Part shown: in pieces, positions 24,885 through 32,000 of the stretch
How positions within the stretch are numbered: the first letter of the stretch is position 1
Layout of the letters: every line of letters begins with the position of its first letter
NCBI GenBank assembly: GCA_016699935.1
Contig: CP064992.1
Location: 510,001-542,000 of the forward strand
Direction: 5' to 3'
Source: Candidatus Saccharimonadota bacterium
GTDB lineage: Bacteria; Patescibacteriota; Saccharimonadia; Saccharimonadales; UBA4665
DNA: 32,000 bases
Translations under genes and position numbers: made by a program
Notes under the pieces: model-generated
Seen by the model: the letters and a program-made list of their open reading frames with translations, nothing else
What the model was told of the DNA's origin: nothing
The model's database searches: none

Positions 24885-27141
24885 ATGGCGAAAAAGAAAA
24901 GCAAGCTAAAAAGAAAGTGGCAGCACCAGTCGAGCGAGAACCGTCGCCCGTTGTGGGCTATGTGCTTGCGGTCGTGTTCATACTGACGGCTATCTTCATA
25001 TTTTTAGGCGGTTTTCACGCCGGTGGTACGCTACCCAAAGGCCTTTTTGGGGCTATGAGCTGGCTGTTTGGCTGGGGCGCGTGGCTCGTGCCGATTAGTC
25101 TGCTGTACTGGGGGTATTACAAATTTACTAATGACGATCACCGTGTGCCGCGTGGACGTGTTTTCAGTATGTATATGTTCCTAGTGCTTATGTCGGCATG
25201 GTTTTTCACCGCATTCGCACGTTCCAGCGATGAGCCAGGGGTAGCAACACAAATCGTAGGCGGCAGCGGCGGTGAAGTTGGCGGTGCGGTAGGTGACGCG
25301 GTACTGTCGGCACTCGATAAAGTACCGGCGAGTCTGTTGTTTTTCACCTTTGGTCTGCTGACATTCTTCTTTGCCTTTGGCATATCACCAAAGGTTATAC
25401 TGAGCCTTGGCAATCTCTTCCACCGCCGTAACAGTGAGCCAGAAGGTGAACTAGCAGCATTGAAAGCCAAAGCGGCTGAGAGTGGCTTCCAGCTGAATGA
25501 AGGTGTACCGGTCGTGAAGCACAGTGAAGGTTCCCTTGCGAAAGAACAAGTCCATCACTCCAATTTCCGGAATACTGCACAAAAATTGAGCACAAACGAA
25601 ACTCACGAAGCGCTGACGACTGCGAGCGACCCAGATTGGAAACTGCCAGGCGTCGACTTACTCGATCAGCGCCAAGATAAGGCCGATGCAGGCAATGTTG
25701 AGGGCAATGCCCGGATTATTAAAGAAACTTTTGCCAACTTTGCTATAGATGTGGAGATGGAGGGGGCAAATATCGGTCCACGCGTCACACAGTATACACT
25801 GCGGCCACCGACTGGAGTGAAACTTACGAAAATAACGGCACTCGAAAACAACCTCGCTCTGGACCTCGCGGCGACGACCATTCGTATGGAAGCGCCTATA
25901 CCGGGAAAGAGGGCGGTTGGTATAGAAGTGCCAAACGTAAAGGGTGCTACTGTGCGATTAAGCTCTATTTTCCAGTCGCGCGAGTGGGCAGAGTCGGAGG
26001 GAGCGCTCACATTTGCTATTGGTAAGGACATCGTCGGACATAGCGTAGTTGCGGATCTGGCACGTATGCCGCACATCCTAGTTGCTGGTCAGACCGGCTC
26101 TGGTAAATCTGTCATGATAAACGACATTTTAACAAGCTTGCTGTATCGCAACAGTCCAAGTGATCTCAAACTTATCCTTGTCGACCCCAAACAGGTGGAG
26201 CTTACGCCGTACAATGATCTTCCGCACTTGCTGACACCCGTGATTCACGAGCCAGAAAAGTGCATTAGTGCGCTCAAATGGGCAGTGGCTGAAATGGAGC
26301 GACGTCTGCGCACTATGGCAGAGGTGAGTAAGCGCAATATTGAGGAGTACAATCTCATAAAGCCCGAGGAAAAAATGCCGTACGTCGTTATTGTCATAGA
26401 TGAGCTCAGTGACCTCATGATGATGGCTGCTCGTGATGTCGAGGCGCTTATCGTTCGTGTGGCGCAAAAAGCTCGAGCAGCCGGAATACATCTCATTCTT
26501 GCGACGCAGCGACCGAGTGTGAACGTCATCACGGGGCTCATTAAAGCCAACGTACCGGCTCGGATTGCCTTTACCACTGTGAGCCAAGTAGATAGCCGTA
26601 CCATCATAGACCAAATGGGCGCAGAGAAACTGCTGGGGCGAGGAGATATGCTGTACCAAACCTCTGAAATGCCCGCACCAAAGCGTGTTCAAGCTGCGTT
26701 TGTGAGCGACGGCGAAACGGTGAAGGTGAATGATTTTATACGCGAGCAGCGGGCACAGACTACAACGACGAAGTCGTCAGCCAACCAGTACAAATTGGTA
26801 AGGGTGGCGTAGTCGTGACCGATACATCGCATGACAATGCCGACGAAGACATGTTCCACGATGCCGTACGCGTGGTCATAGAAAGTCGCAAGGCCTCCAC
26901 GTCACTACTGCAGCGGCGGCTACGGATCGGTTATGGGCGTGCAGCGCGGCTCATGGAGGAAATGGAAGAGCAGGGTATTATAGGCGCAGCTGACGGCAGT
27001 CGACCCGCGATGTATTGGTTAGTTCACTCGACCAAGTCTTTGGTGGCGGTGGGGTTCAGGGGCGATGACGCAGGAGTCGATCTTGACGAATATGGCGTTC
27101 CTACCGAACCAAATGATAGTAGCGAATACCTTGCTCGCTAA
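24885..27141 (+). CDS. ftsK: DNA translocase FtsK, at least two or three frame changes
   Basis: N-terminal transmembrane helices are present. The motor domain has Walker A (VAGQTGSGKS), Walker B (VVIVIDELSDLMM) and ..ILATQRPSVNVITG... The gamma winged helix reads ASTSLLQRRLRIGYGRAARLMEEMEEQGIIG and lies in the 26815-27141 fragment. The likely start is ATG 24885 (MAKKKSKLKRK) in an adjacent frame, and the track ORF starts at TTG 24866. Confidence 0.9.
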
Positions 27142-27320
27142 TTTATTCAAGGACGCTAGATTATAAATAATTGTTCCAAAAAATGTGTTCAATTTTAGAT
27201 TTTGAAGAACGATTTTTGTTGCACTGCGTACAACGAATGATTTTGAATAACAGATTGGGATTGACATTATTACTACAGATTTTGCTTGCATTATGGTTTT
27301 TGCAGGATTACCATGGAGTT

Positions 27321-27446
27321 AAAACAAACAAGCCAAATGGAGCGAGATGGTGGCACCGCCGCAAGTGTATTGAGAGACTACACCAGGGCAGCCATCATCT
27401 TACTCCAGGCTCAGATGAAAATCGTAACTGCCTCAGGCAGTTTTTT
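27321..27446 (+). ncRNA. candidate small structured RNA of unknown class ending in an intrinsic terminator
   Basis: A 16-bp helix pairs ggagcgagatggtggc (27339-27354) with gccatcatcttactcc (27381-27396), with 1 mismatch and 2 G-U pairs. It encloses a gtgta/tacac hairpin, and a terminator follows. A weak promoter TTGCAT-17-TACCAT lies at 27286-27314. The 5' end is uncertain. Confidence 0.3.
27426..27446 (+). terminator. intrinsic terminator
   Basis: The hairpin aactgcc-tca-ggcagtt is followed by a T6 run at 27441-27446. Confidence 0.7.
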
Positions 27447-27447
27447 A

Positions 27448-27476
27448 TTGCTTTTGTGCCATAATTACGCTATAAT
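27448..27476 (+). promoter_or_regulatory. rpsF-rpsR promoter (TTGCTT-17-TATAAT)
   Basis: TTGCTT lies at 27448-27453 and TATAAT at 27471-27476. A leader of about 60 nt ends in an AGGAG Shine-Dalgarno before the GTG at 27542. Confidence 0.55.
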
Positions 27477-27541
27477 TTTGCTTACAATTAACTCAGCTTG
27501 CGGCCGTATGGGCGCGTAGGCTTTAACCGTAGGAGTCACTC

Positions 27542-27925
27542 GTGAACAATTACGAAATTGCAATTTTGTTTGATCCGGGTCTGAAGTAGATCTTGAGCAG
27601 GCAACAAAAAGTTGAGAAGCTATTTGTTGACAACGGTAGCACTATTACCAACGTCGAGAACTGGGGCAAGAAAAAGCTTGCCTATCAAATCAAGAAGCAT
27701 GATAGTGCTTTGTACGTTTTTATACACTCGACATTCCGGGTGAAAACGTGCGCAAAATTGAATCTGTGCTGAACATTACAGACGAAGTCATTCGCTTTCT
27801 CATTGTCCGTCCCGACCTACGTGCAATAGCAAAAGCTGAGGCTGAAAAAAAAAACTCGCAAGGCCGAGCAAGCAGCGAAGCGCGGCGATCGTGAAAGCAA
27901 TGATACAGAAGAGGAAGAGGAGTAA
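27542..27925 (+). CDS. rpsF: 30S ribosomal protein S6, at least four frame changes
   Basis: Across the frames it reads VNNYEIAILFDPGLK / VDLEQATKK / VEKLFVDNGSTITNVENWGKKKLAYQIKKHDSALYVF / YTLDIPGENVRKIESVLNITDEVIRFLIVRPDL.. The acidic tail ..NDTEEEEE ends at TAA 27923-27925. At least three of the four shifts fall at homopolymers (A and T runs, for example the A10 run at 27845-27854). Confidence 0.85.
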
Positions 27926-27931
27926 ACAGAT

Positions 27932-28135
27932 ATGGCAAAGATTTTTAAACACCGAACAGACGTTGCGTATTTTGACTACAAAGATTTTAAAACGCTTCAG
28001 CGGTATGTTGACCAGTATGGTCGGATAGAATCCCGCAAAAAAACTGGACTGACTGAGTCTGAACAGCGGCACCTTGCAGTCGCCATAAAGCGGGCACGGC
28101 ATATTGCATTGTTGCCATTCGTTGCAACAGCGTAA
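27932..28135 (+). CDS. rpsR: 30S ribosomal protein S18
   Basis: The 67-aa product shows ..[51 protein letters not shown], which is canonical S18. Confidence 0.95.
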   Translation: MAKIFKHRTDVAYFDYKDFKTLQRYVDQYGRIESRKKTGLTESEQRHLAVAIKRARHIALLPFVATA

Positions 28136-28142
28136 AACTATA

Positions 28143-28250
28143 ATTTAGCAGAGAACAGGTAGCAGGTGGCAGAAATTTTGCAGGTTTCATTTAGCAGAGA
28201 CCCAAAGGGCTGCGACCTGGCAAATGCCACAAATTTCTGTTACCTGTTCT
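28143..28250. mobile_element. cargo-less derivative (about 108 bp) of the four-helix-bundle cassette
   Basis: It shares atttagcag.., ..gcagaaattt.., ..gggctgcga.. and ..aaatgccacaaatttctg.. with the ends of 19313-19786. It has its own inverted repeat agaacaggta../..tacctgttct. It lies between rpsR and ssb. Confidence 0.55.
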
Positions 28251-28348
28251 TGTTTGTCTATAAAAAAAACTTGACTGTCTTGTTAAGTCAGCGTAGGGTG
28301 GGTAGTACAAACTAATGGTACGGACGTAGTTCCTACAAGGAGGACGAG

Positions 28349-28809
28349 ATGGCTCGATCATTCAACCAAGTAATCTTAATGGGGAATCTCACGCGAGATC
28401 CTGAGCTGCGGCAAACGCCGAACGGCCAGAACGTGTGTAGTTTTTCACTGGCGCTCAACCGTGCCTACAAGGGTGCCGATGGCCAGTGGCAGGAAGCGAC
28501 TGACTATGTCGATATCGTGGCCTGGGGCCGCTTGGCGAGCGTGTGGCGCAGTATCTAAATAAAGGCAGTCAATGCCTCGTAAACGGGCGTTTGCAATCGC
28601 GAAGCTGGGAGCAGGACGGCCAAAAACGTAACAAAGTTGAAGTGAATGCCCAGGATGTCACATTCCTAGGCGGACGCGGCAGTGATGGCGGTAGCAATGG
28701 TGGCAGCTCAGAAAGTAGCTCGGCTCGCCCAGCACCTAAGAAAAAGGACGATGTTGTCATAGAAGACGTGGGCGACGAGCCCATCAACCTAGATGACATC
28801 CCGTTTTAG
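28349..28809 (+). CDS. ssb: single-stranded DNA-binding protein, one frame change near 28545
   Basis: The OB fold reads MARSFNQVILMGNLTRDPELRQTPNGQNVCSFSLALNR... It continues as ..VAQYLNKGSQCLVNGRLQSRSWEQDG.. in the 28543-28809 fragment. A Gly/Ser-rich linker and the C-terminal tip DDIPF follow. Confidence 0.9.
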
Positions 28810-29016
28810 TACGGTCGTGGGTGTGCATTCTGGGAGAGAACCTACACCAATTCCACTATTTGCCGAAAAGACTCCGATGTGGTGGCTGGTTTTTGCTCAA
28901 GATTGGACTATATAATGAACCGAAAAGTCTTATGAACAGGGGAAAGTTTGCATAGTTTGACAGGAACAGTGCGGCAGTTTGAGCGGAAGGTGCGGGTGGC
29001 TCTCCGTGGTATAGAC

Positions 29017-29267
29017 ATGGAGACCTTGTCGAAACACGAAAAAAAGATGTATCGCAACTGCTGCTCGCCATCAGTGAAGTAAGATTAGATATTCGGGATT
29101 ACGAGTATGCGCAAACAAGAGACGAGCAAATAAAGTGGGCCAAGATAGCACGCCATAATCTGGGGGCTGCGGAGGCCTTGGTGCTACGAAGTGACACAGT
29201 ATTTGGTGCCGCAGACGTGGCAGAGCTGGGAGCAGTACTGAGTCAATTGCACGACTCGTTGGCATAG
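29017..29267 (+). CDS. small helical hypothetical protein (about 83 aa), one frame change at the A7 run 29039-29045
   Basis: It reads METLSKHEKK / DVSQLLLAISEVRLDIRDYEYAQTRDEQIKWAKIARHNLGAAEALVLRSDTVFGAADVAELGAVLSQLHDSLA. I prefer this over the two antisense ORFs (28856-29071 and 29071-29265), whose translations look like shadow frames. Confidence 0.3.
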
Positions 29268-29274
29268 AAAATGC

Positions 29275-29303
29275 TTGAAAAGTCAGAATAATTGTTTTAT
29301 ATT
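29275..29303 (+). promoter_or_regulatory. promoter (TTGAAA-17-TATATT) for a leaderless ORF
   Basis: TTGAAA lies at 29275-29280 and TATATT at 29298-29303. The ATG at 29311 lies 7 nt past the -10 element. Confidence 0.5.
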
Positions 29304-29310
29304 ACGGTTT

Positions 29311-29577
29311 ATGACCGAATCACTTAAGCCAGAAGCACATGTCCCCAAAAATTCCGACGTTATTCAAGGGTTAGTCAGACATGCTATGCAAACGCCTAGT
29401 CCTGGTAGCACGCAAGTCCTGAAGTCACTTGCAGCTGTAGATCCGGATAGGGCAACAACTAAATTGTATTTGCAAATGTTCGGGTGGCCTAGACTGCCGG
29501 AGAAAGAGCTAGGGGGTAGACCCGCCATCCGCCGAGCCTTCGTAAATAGGGGTGATATACTGAATCTTAGCGTATAG
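29311..29577 (+). CDS. hypothetical protein (88 aa)
   Basis: The product is MTESLKPEAHVPKNSDVIQGLVRHAM... The track start at 29275 coincides with the -35 box, so I prefer the ATG at 29311. I recognise no family. Confidence 0.4.
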   Translation: MTESLKPEAHVPKNSDVIQGLVRHAMQTPSPGSTQVLKSLAAVDPDRATTKLYLQMFGWPRLPEKELGGRPAIRRAFVNRGDILNLSV

Positions 29578-29674
29578 AGAGGCACAAAGATGGTGGAGTT
29601 TGGGCAGACGCTTGAGTTATTGCGAAATGAGCGTAAACAACATGGCACGTCTGAATAATAAATAGGAGATTAGC

Positions 29675-30241
29675 ATGGGATTAAGCATAACGAATTTGAA
29701 AAAAGGGGTGGTGTTTCAGCTGGACGGTGAACCGTTTCGGGTGGTGGAATATAACCAAAAGGTGATGGGGCGCGGCGGTAGTATTGTGAATGTACGGGTG
29801 CGCAGTTTGCTAGATGGTAAAGTGCTAGAAAAGACTTTTAAAGGGAATGAAACGCTCGAAACGGCCGATGTGACGAACCAGACGGTGCAGTATCTGTACA
29901 GCGACGGTAGCGTGTTTCACTTTATGAATCAGGAAAGTTTTGAGCAATTTGAGGTGAGCGATGAGCTGATGGGCGACGGCGCCGGCTACCTAAAAGAAGG
30001 TGACATGGTCAGCCTGCAATTTTTCAACGGTGTACCCATAAACGTTGAGCTGCCAAAAAACGTGCCACTCCTGGTGACGTATACCGAAAATGCAGTAAAA
30101 GGCGATACCAGTAGCTCAATTACAAAAGAGGCAACTCTAGAAACGGGCATTACTGTGCGTGTGCCGGCGTTTATTAAGCAAGGTGATGTCATATCTGTAG
30201 ACACAAGCAACGGCGCCTACCGTGAAAGAGTCAAAGAATAG
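29675..30241 (+). CDS. efp: elongation factor P (Arg at the modified-loop position)
   Basis: The 188-aa product has the typical three-domain length. LDGEPFRVVEYNQKVMGRGGSIVNVRVRSLLDG aligns residue for residue with E. coli [33 protein letters not shown]. This places Arg where E. coli has Lys34. Confidence 0.9.
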   Translation: MGLSITNLKKGVVFQLDGEPFRVVEYNQKVMGRGGSIVNVRVRSLLDGKVLEKTFKGNETLETADVTNQTVQYLYSDGSVFHFMNQESFEQFEVSDELMGDGAGYLKEGDMVSLQFFNGVPINVELPKNVPLLVTYTENAVKGDTSSSITKEATLETGITVRVPAFIKQGDVISVDTSNGAYRERVKE

Positions 30242-30244
30242 CCA

Positions 30245-30274
30245 CTGTCATTCCCGCGCAGGCGGGAATCCATC
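30245..30274 (+). repeat. left 30-bp inverted repeat / hairpin flanking the GIY-YIG gene
   Basis: The sequence ctgtcattcccgcgcaggcgggaatccatc is the exact reverse complement of 30561-30590. It has an internal 8-bp stem attcccgc/gcgggaat. Confidence 0.95.
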
Positions 30275-30276
30275 TT

Positions 30277-30615
30277 ATGAATACATACTACGTCTACATA
30301 TTAGCAAGTAAGCCAAACGGAACGCTCTATATTGGCGTGACGAATAATCTCGAGCGTCGGCTGTATGAGCACAAGAATACTCTAGCTGATGGTTTTACGA
30401 AAAAATATGGCGTAAAACAACTTGTTTATTATGAAGAATATAATAGCGTAGAGGCGGCCATTATTCGGGAAAAACAACTCAAGAAATGGGAGCGTGCGTG
30501 GAAGGTTCGACTTATAGAAGAGCGAAACTCGTATTGGAACGATTTGAGTTTAGAGTGGGGGATGGATTCCCGCCTGCGCGGGAATGACAGCGAAACTGTC
30601 AGGATTCAGTCATGA
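30277..30615 (+). CDS. GIY-YIG nuclease family protein (small stand-alone URI-domain type)
   Basis: The motifs YYVYILAS..GTLYIGVTNNLERRLYEH.. give GIY/YIG, then Arg, then Glu. ..IIREKQLKKW.. follows. The last 17 codons or so (..MDSRLRGNDSE..) are translated from the right hairpin repeat. The stop overlaps the tlyA start. Confidence 0.85.
   Translation: MNTYYVYILASKPNGTLYIGVTNNLERRLYEHKNTLADGFTKKYGVKQLVYYEEYNSVEAAIIREKQLKKWERAWKVRLIEERNSYWNDLSLEWGMDSRLRGNDSETVRIQS
30561..30590 (-). repeat. right 30-bp inverted repeat / hairpin flanking the GIY-YIG gene
   Basis: The sequence is gatggattcccgcctgcgcgggaatgacag, a perfect inverted copy of 30245-30274. Confidence 0.95.
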
Positions 30616-31387
30616 AAGAACGTTTGGATATAACTGTAGCGAAACGGGGGTTGGTGGCCAGCAGGAGCCAGGCAGAAAGCTATGTGCGACTCGGAAAGGT
30701 ACTGGTGAATGGTAAGCCCGCGGTGAAAAGTGGACAATTGGTATCTGAGGCCGACAAAATTGAGGTGAAAACAGACGTGCAGTATGTGAGCCGGGCGGCA
30801 CTAAAACTTGAGAGTGCCGATGCGACATTTCACATTGACTGGCAGGGAAAAACTGTTCTGGATGTAGGGAGTAGTACGGGTGGGTTTACGCAGTACACGC
30901 TCGCTCACGGGGCGAAAAAGGTAATCGCCGTAGATGTCGGTACCGAGCAGTTACACCCGAGTCTGCGCAGTGATCCGCGGATTGAACTGCATGAAAAAAC
31001 TGACATACGTGATGTTTGGCTTCGCCAAACAGAACCAAGTTACGAGTCATGACTCAAGAAAGAAAGCAGTTTTCATAGAAGGAAAAATAGATATTGTTGT
31101 CGGTGACGTCAGTTTTATATCACTCCGAGAAATCTTACCTCATGTGGCTAAACTTATGTCACGTGGTTCTCTGCTTATCGCTATGGTTAAGCCGCAGTTT
31201 GAAGCAGGGCATAGTAGACTCAAGCACAAGGGGTCATCAAAAATGACCGGATGCGCCGCGATATATTGCAGGACTTCGAAGCCTGGGCGCGCGCGTTTTT
31301 CATCGTCGTCGACAAAAAGACTCTGAAGTGGCTGGCAGCAAGGGCAATGTAGAGCGCTTCTACCTCCTCCGCAAACTCCAACACTGA
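30612..31387 (+). CDS. tlyA: TlyA-family rRNA 2'-O-methyltransferase (S4 domain + FtsJ-like MTase), at least three frame changes
   Basis: The S4-like N-terminus reads RLDITVAKRGLVASRSQAESYVRLGKVLVNGK. The SAM motif is VLDVGSSTGGFTQ. ..DVSFISLREILPHVAKL..AMVKPQFEAG.. follows, and the tail ..GSKGNVERFYLLRKLQH ends at TGA 31385-31387. All of this is spread over three frames. Confidence 0.85.
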
Positions 31388-31414
31388 CACGAGCTTCGCA
31401 CCAGCCAGCCTGCT

Positions 31415-31475
31415 CAGATGCGGAGCATCTGACACCACTGGCTTACTATCACCCCACGAAACCAGTTTCGTGGGG
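31415..31475 (+). terminator. two hairpins downstream of tlyA (candidate terminator region)
   Basis: The hairpins are cagatgc-gga-gcatctg (31415-31431) and ccccacgaaac-ca-gtttcgtgggg (31452-31475). Only a weak T-rich tract follows (cccgttcttt). Confidence 0.35.
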
Positions 31476-31766
31476 ATCCCGTTCTTTATGCTCCTGCACA
31501 TTTTCCTCTCTAGTACTATCTTCACCGTACTTAAGACCTCCCCGCAAAATAACTCCGTAGTCCATAACGCGCCCTTTGTGTCCCAAATAGAGCAATAACC
31601 TTCGCATCGTAACAGCAGTTACGATTTGTCGGCTATTGCCAATTTGAAACAAAAATCATCACGTTCTGGGTATACGGATTATTCTGCAAGAGGTCTTTAT
31701 AGTGCAACTCGTTCCGTTCTTCGAGAAGAAATGCTTTATTAGTATGAGAGTGTGAAACTCGTGTAT

Positions 31767-32000
31767 GAGCGAACAAGCGAACCGGTGCGTAAGCGCCGGC
31801 TTTAGGAGAGGGAGGAGAGTCGTTTCGGATTCATTCCGAAACAACGAGGAGGGACGGTAGTCCCTCCTGAGCGTACTAAAGCGTACCGGTGCGTAAGCGC
31901 CGGCTTTAGGAGGAGGAGGAGAGTCGTTTCGGATTCATTCCGAAACAACGAGGAGGGACGGTAGTCCCTCCTGAATATGGACGGTAGTCCCTCCTGAATA
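31767..32000. repeat. tandem repeat of a three-hairpin unit, 104-nt period, 2.2 copies or more, running off the window
   Basis: Unit starts lie at 31781 and 31885, and a partial third copy lies at 31979-31997. Each unit contains ccggtgc-gtaa-gcgccgg (GNRA-type loop), gtttcgg-attcatt-ccgaaac and aggaggga-cggtag-tccctcct. The copies differ by 1-2 nt. Confidence 0.85.

Noticed and set aside
27321-27446. SRP (4.5S) RNA identity for the structured RNA candidate
   Set aside because: The long hairpin and an AGGGCAGCC stretch are reminiscent of SRP RNA. However, the conserved domain IV core (GGUCCGGAAGGAAGCAGCC with a GNRA tetraloop) is absent, and the apical loop is ttgagagac.
27171-27519. Protein-coding ORFs 27171-27464 and 27286-27519
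   Set aside because: They have no Shine-Dalgarno or promoter logic. They run straight through an intrinsic terminator and the rpsF promoter, and their sequence is Cys/Leu-rich and implausible.
28856-29265. Minus-strand ORFs 28856-29071 and 29071-29265
   Set aside because: Their translations look like shadow frames (Pro/Ser/Leu-rich). The plus strand gives a coherent amphipathic helical protein once a single A7-run shift is allowed. Confidence is still low either way.
29590-29658. 22-codon ORF MVEFGQTLELLRNERKQHGTSE resembling the start of an XRE-type HTH regulator
   Set aside because: It contains only the first helix and stops with two consecutive stop codons just before the efp Shine-Dalgarno. 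It is most likely a truncated remnant and is too short to call.
1205-31387. Alternative genetic code (for example UGA recoding) or programmed frameshifting as the cause of the broken genes
   Set aside because: The continuation is always in a different reading frame rather than past an in-frame stop. Many of the sites are plain homopolymers without slippery-heptamer-plus-structure features, and they occur in unrelated genes.
31449-31760. Minus-strand coding region (ORFs 31449-31652 and 31659-31844, plus a third frame reading ..NELHYKDLLQNNPYTQNVMIFV..)
   Set aside because: Something frame-disrupted probably lies here, convergent with tlyA. I tried DUF559/Vsr-like, IS200/RAYT, HicA and RelE patterns and none fits convincingly, so I make no call.
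31767-32000. Possible CRISPR array, or a tandem glycine riboswitch, at the 3' edge
   Set aside because: The units abut with a 104-nt period and no unique spacers, so this is not a CRISPR array. A GGAGAG is present, but the glycine-aptamer cores (..CCGAAGGGGCAA.. and ..CUCAGGCAAAAGGAC..) are absent.

Overview
This 32-kb chromosomal window looks like it comes from a small-genome bacterium. My guess is a CPR/Patescibacteria, Saccharibacteria-like organism, inferred only from gene content and repeat style. The backbone is housekeeping: two HAD hydrolases, mutM, a fused otsA-otsB, holA, rpsT, truB, rpsO-pnp, a family-4 UDG, rnj, ftsK, rpsF-rpsR, ssb, efp and tlyA. I found no rRNA, tRNA or CRISPR array. 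Many conserved genes are broken by frame changes (about 30 in total), often at homopolymer runs. I read these as assembly indels rather than real pseudogenes, so I call one gene across the fragments. Six accessory or unusual items stand out. (1) A promoter-led four-gene operon (11.5-16.4 kb) encodes phage tail-fibre-like repeat proteins plus a clan GH-A-like hydrolase. It is wedged between truB and rpsO-pnp with no other phage genes nearby. (2) A 1.53-kb cassette is bounded by 146/147-bp direct repeats that duplicate the last codons of rnj. It encodes a protein whose C-terminal half shows an ADP-ribosyltransferase/Tpt1-like motif order. (3) A family of GTCATTCCCGCG-N-GGAATCC hairpin repeats is present. 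Two of them form perfect 30-bp inverted copies bracketing a GIY-YIG nuclease gene in a REPtron-like layout. Two 121-bp MITE-like elements built on the same hairpin each carry 7-bp target-site duplications. (4) A four-helix-bundle gene sits in an inverted-repeat cassette, and a cargo-less derivative lies elsewhere in the window. (5) There is a vapBC module. (6) A structured 104-nt tandem repeat runs off the 3' window edge. Several consensus promoters sit 7-9 nt from their ATG, which suggests leaderless transcripts.
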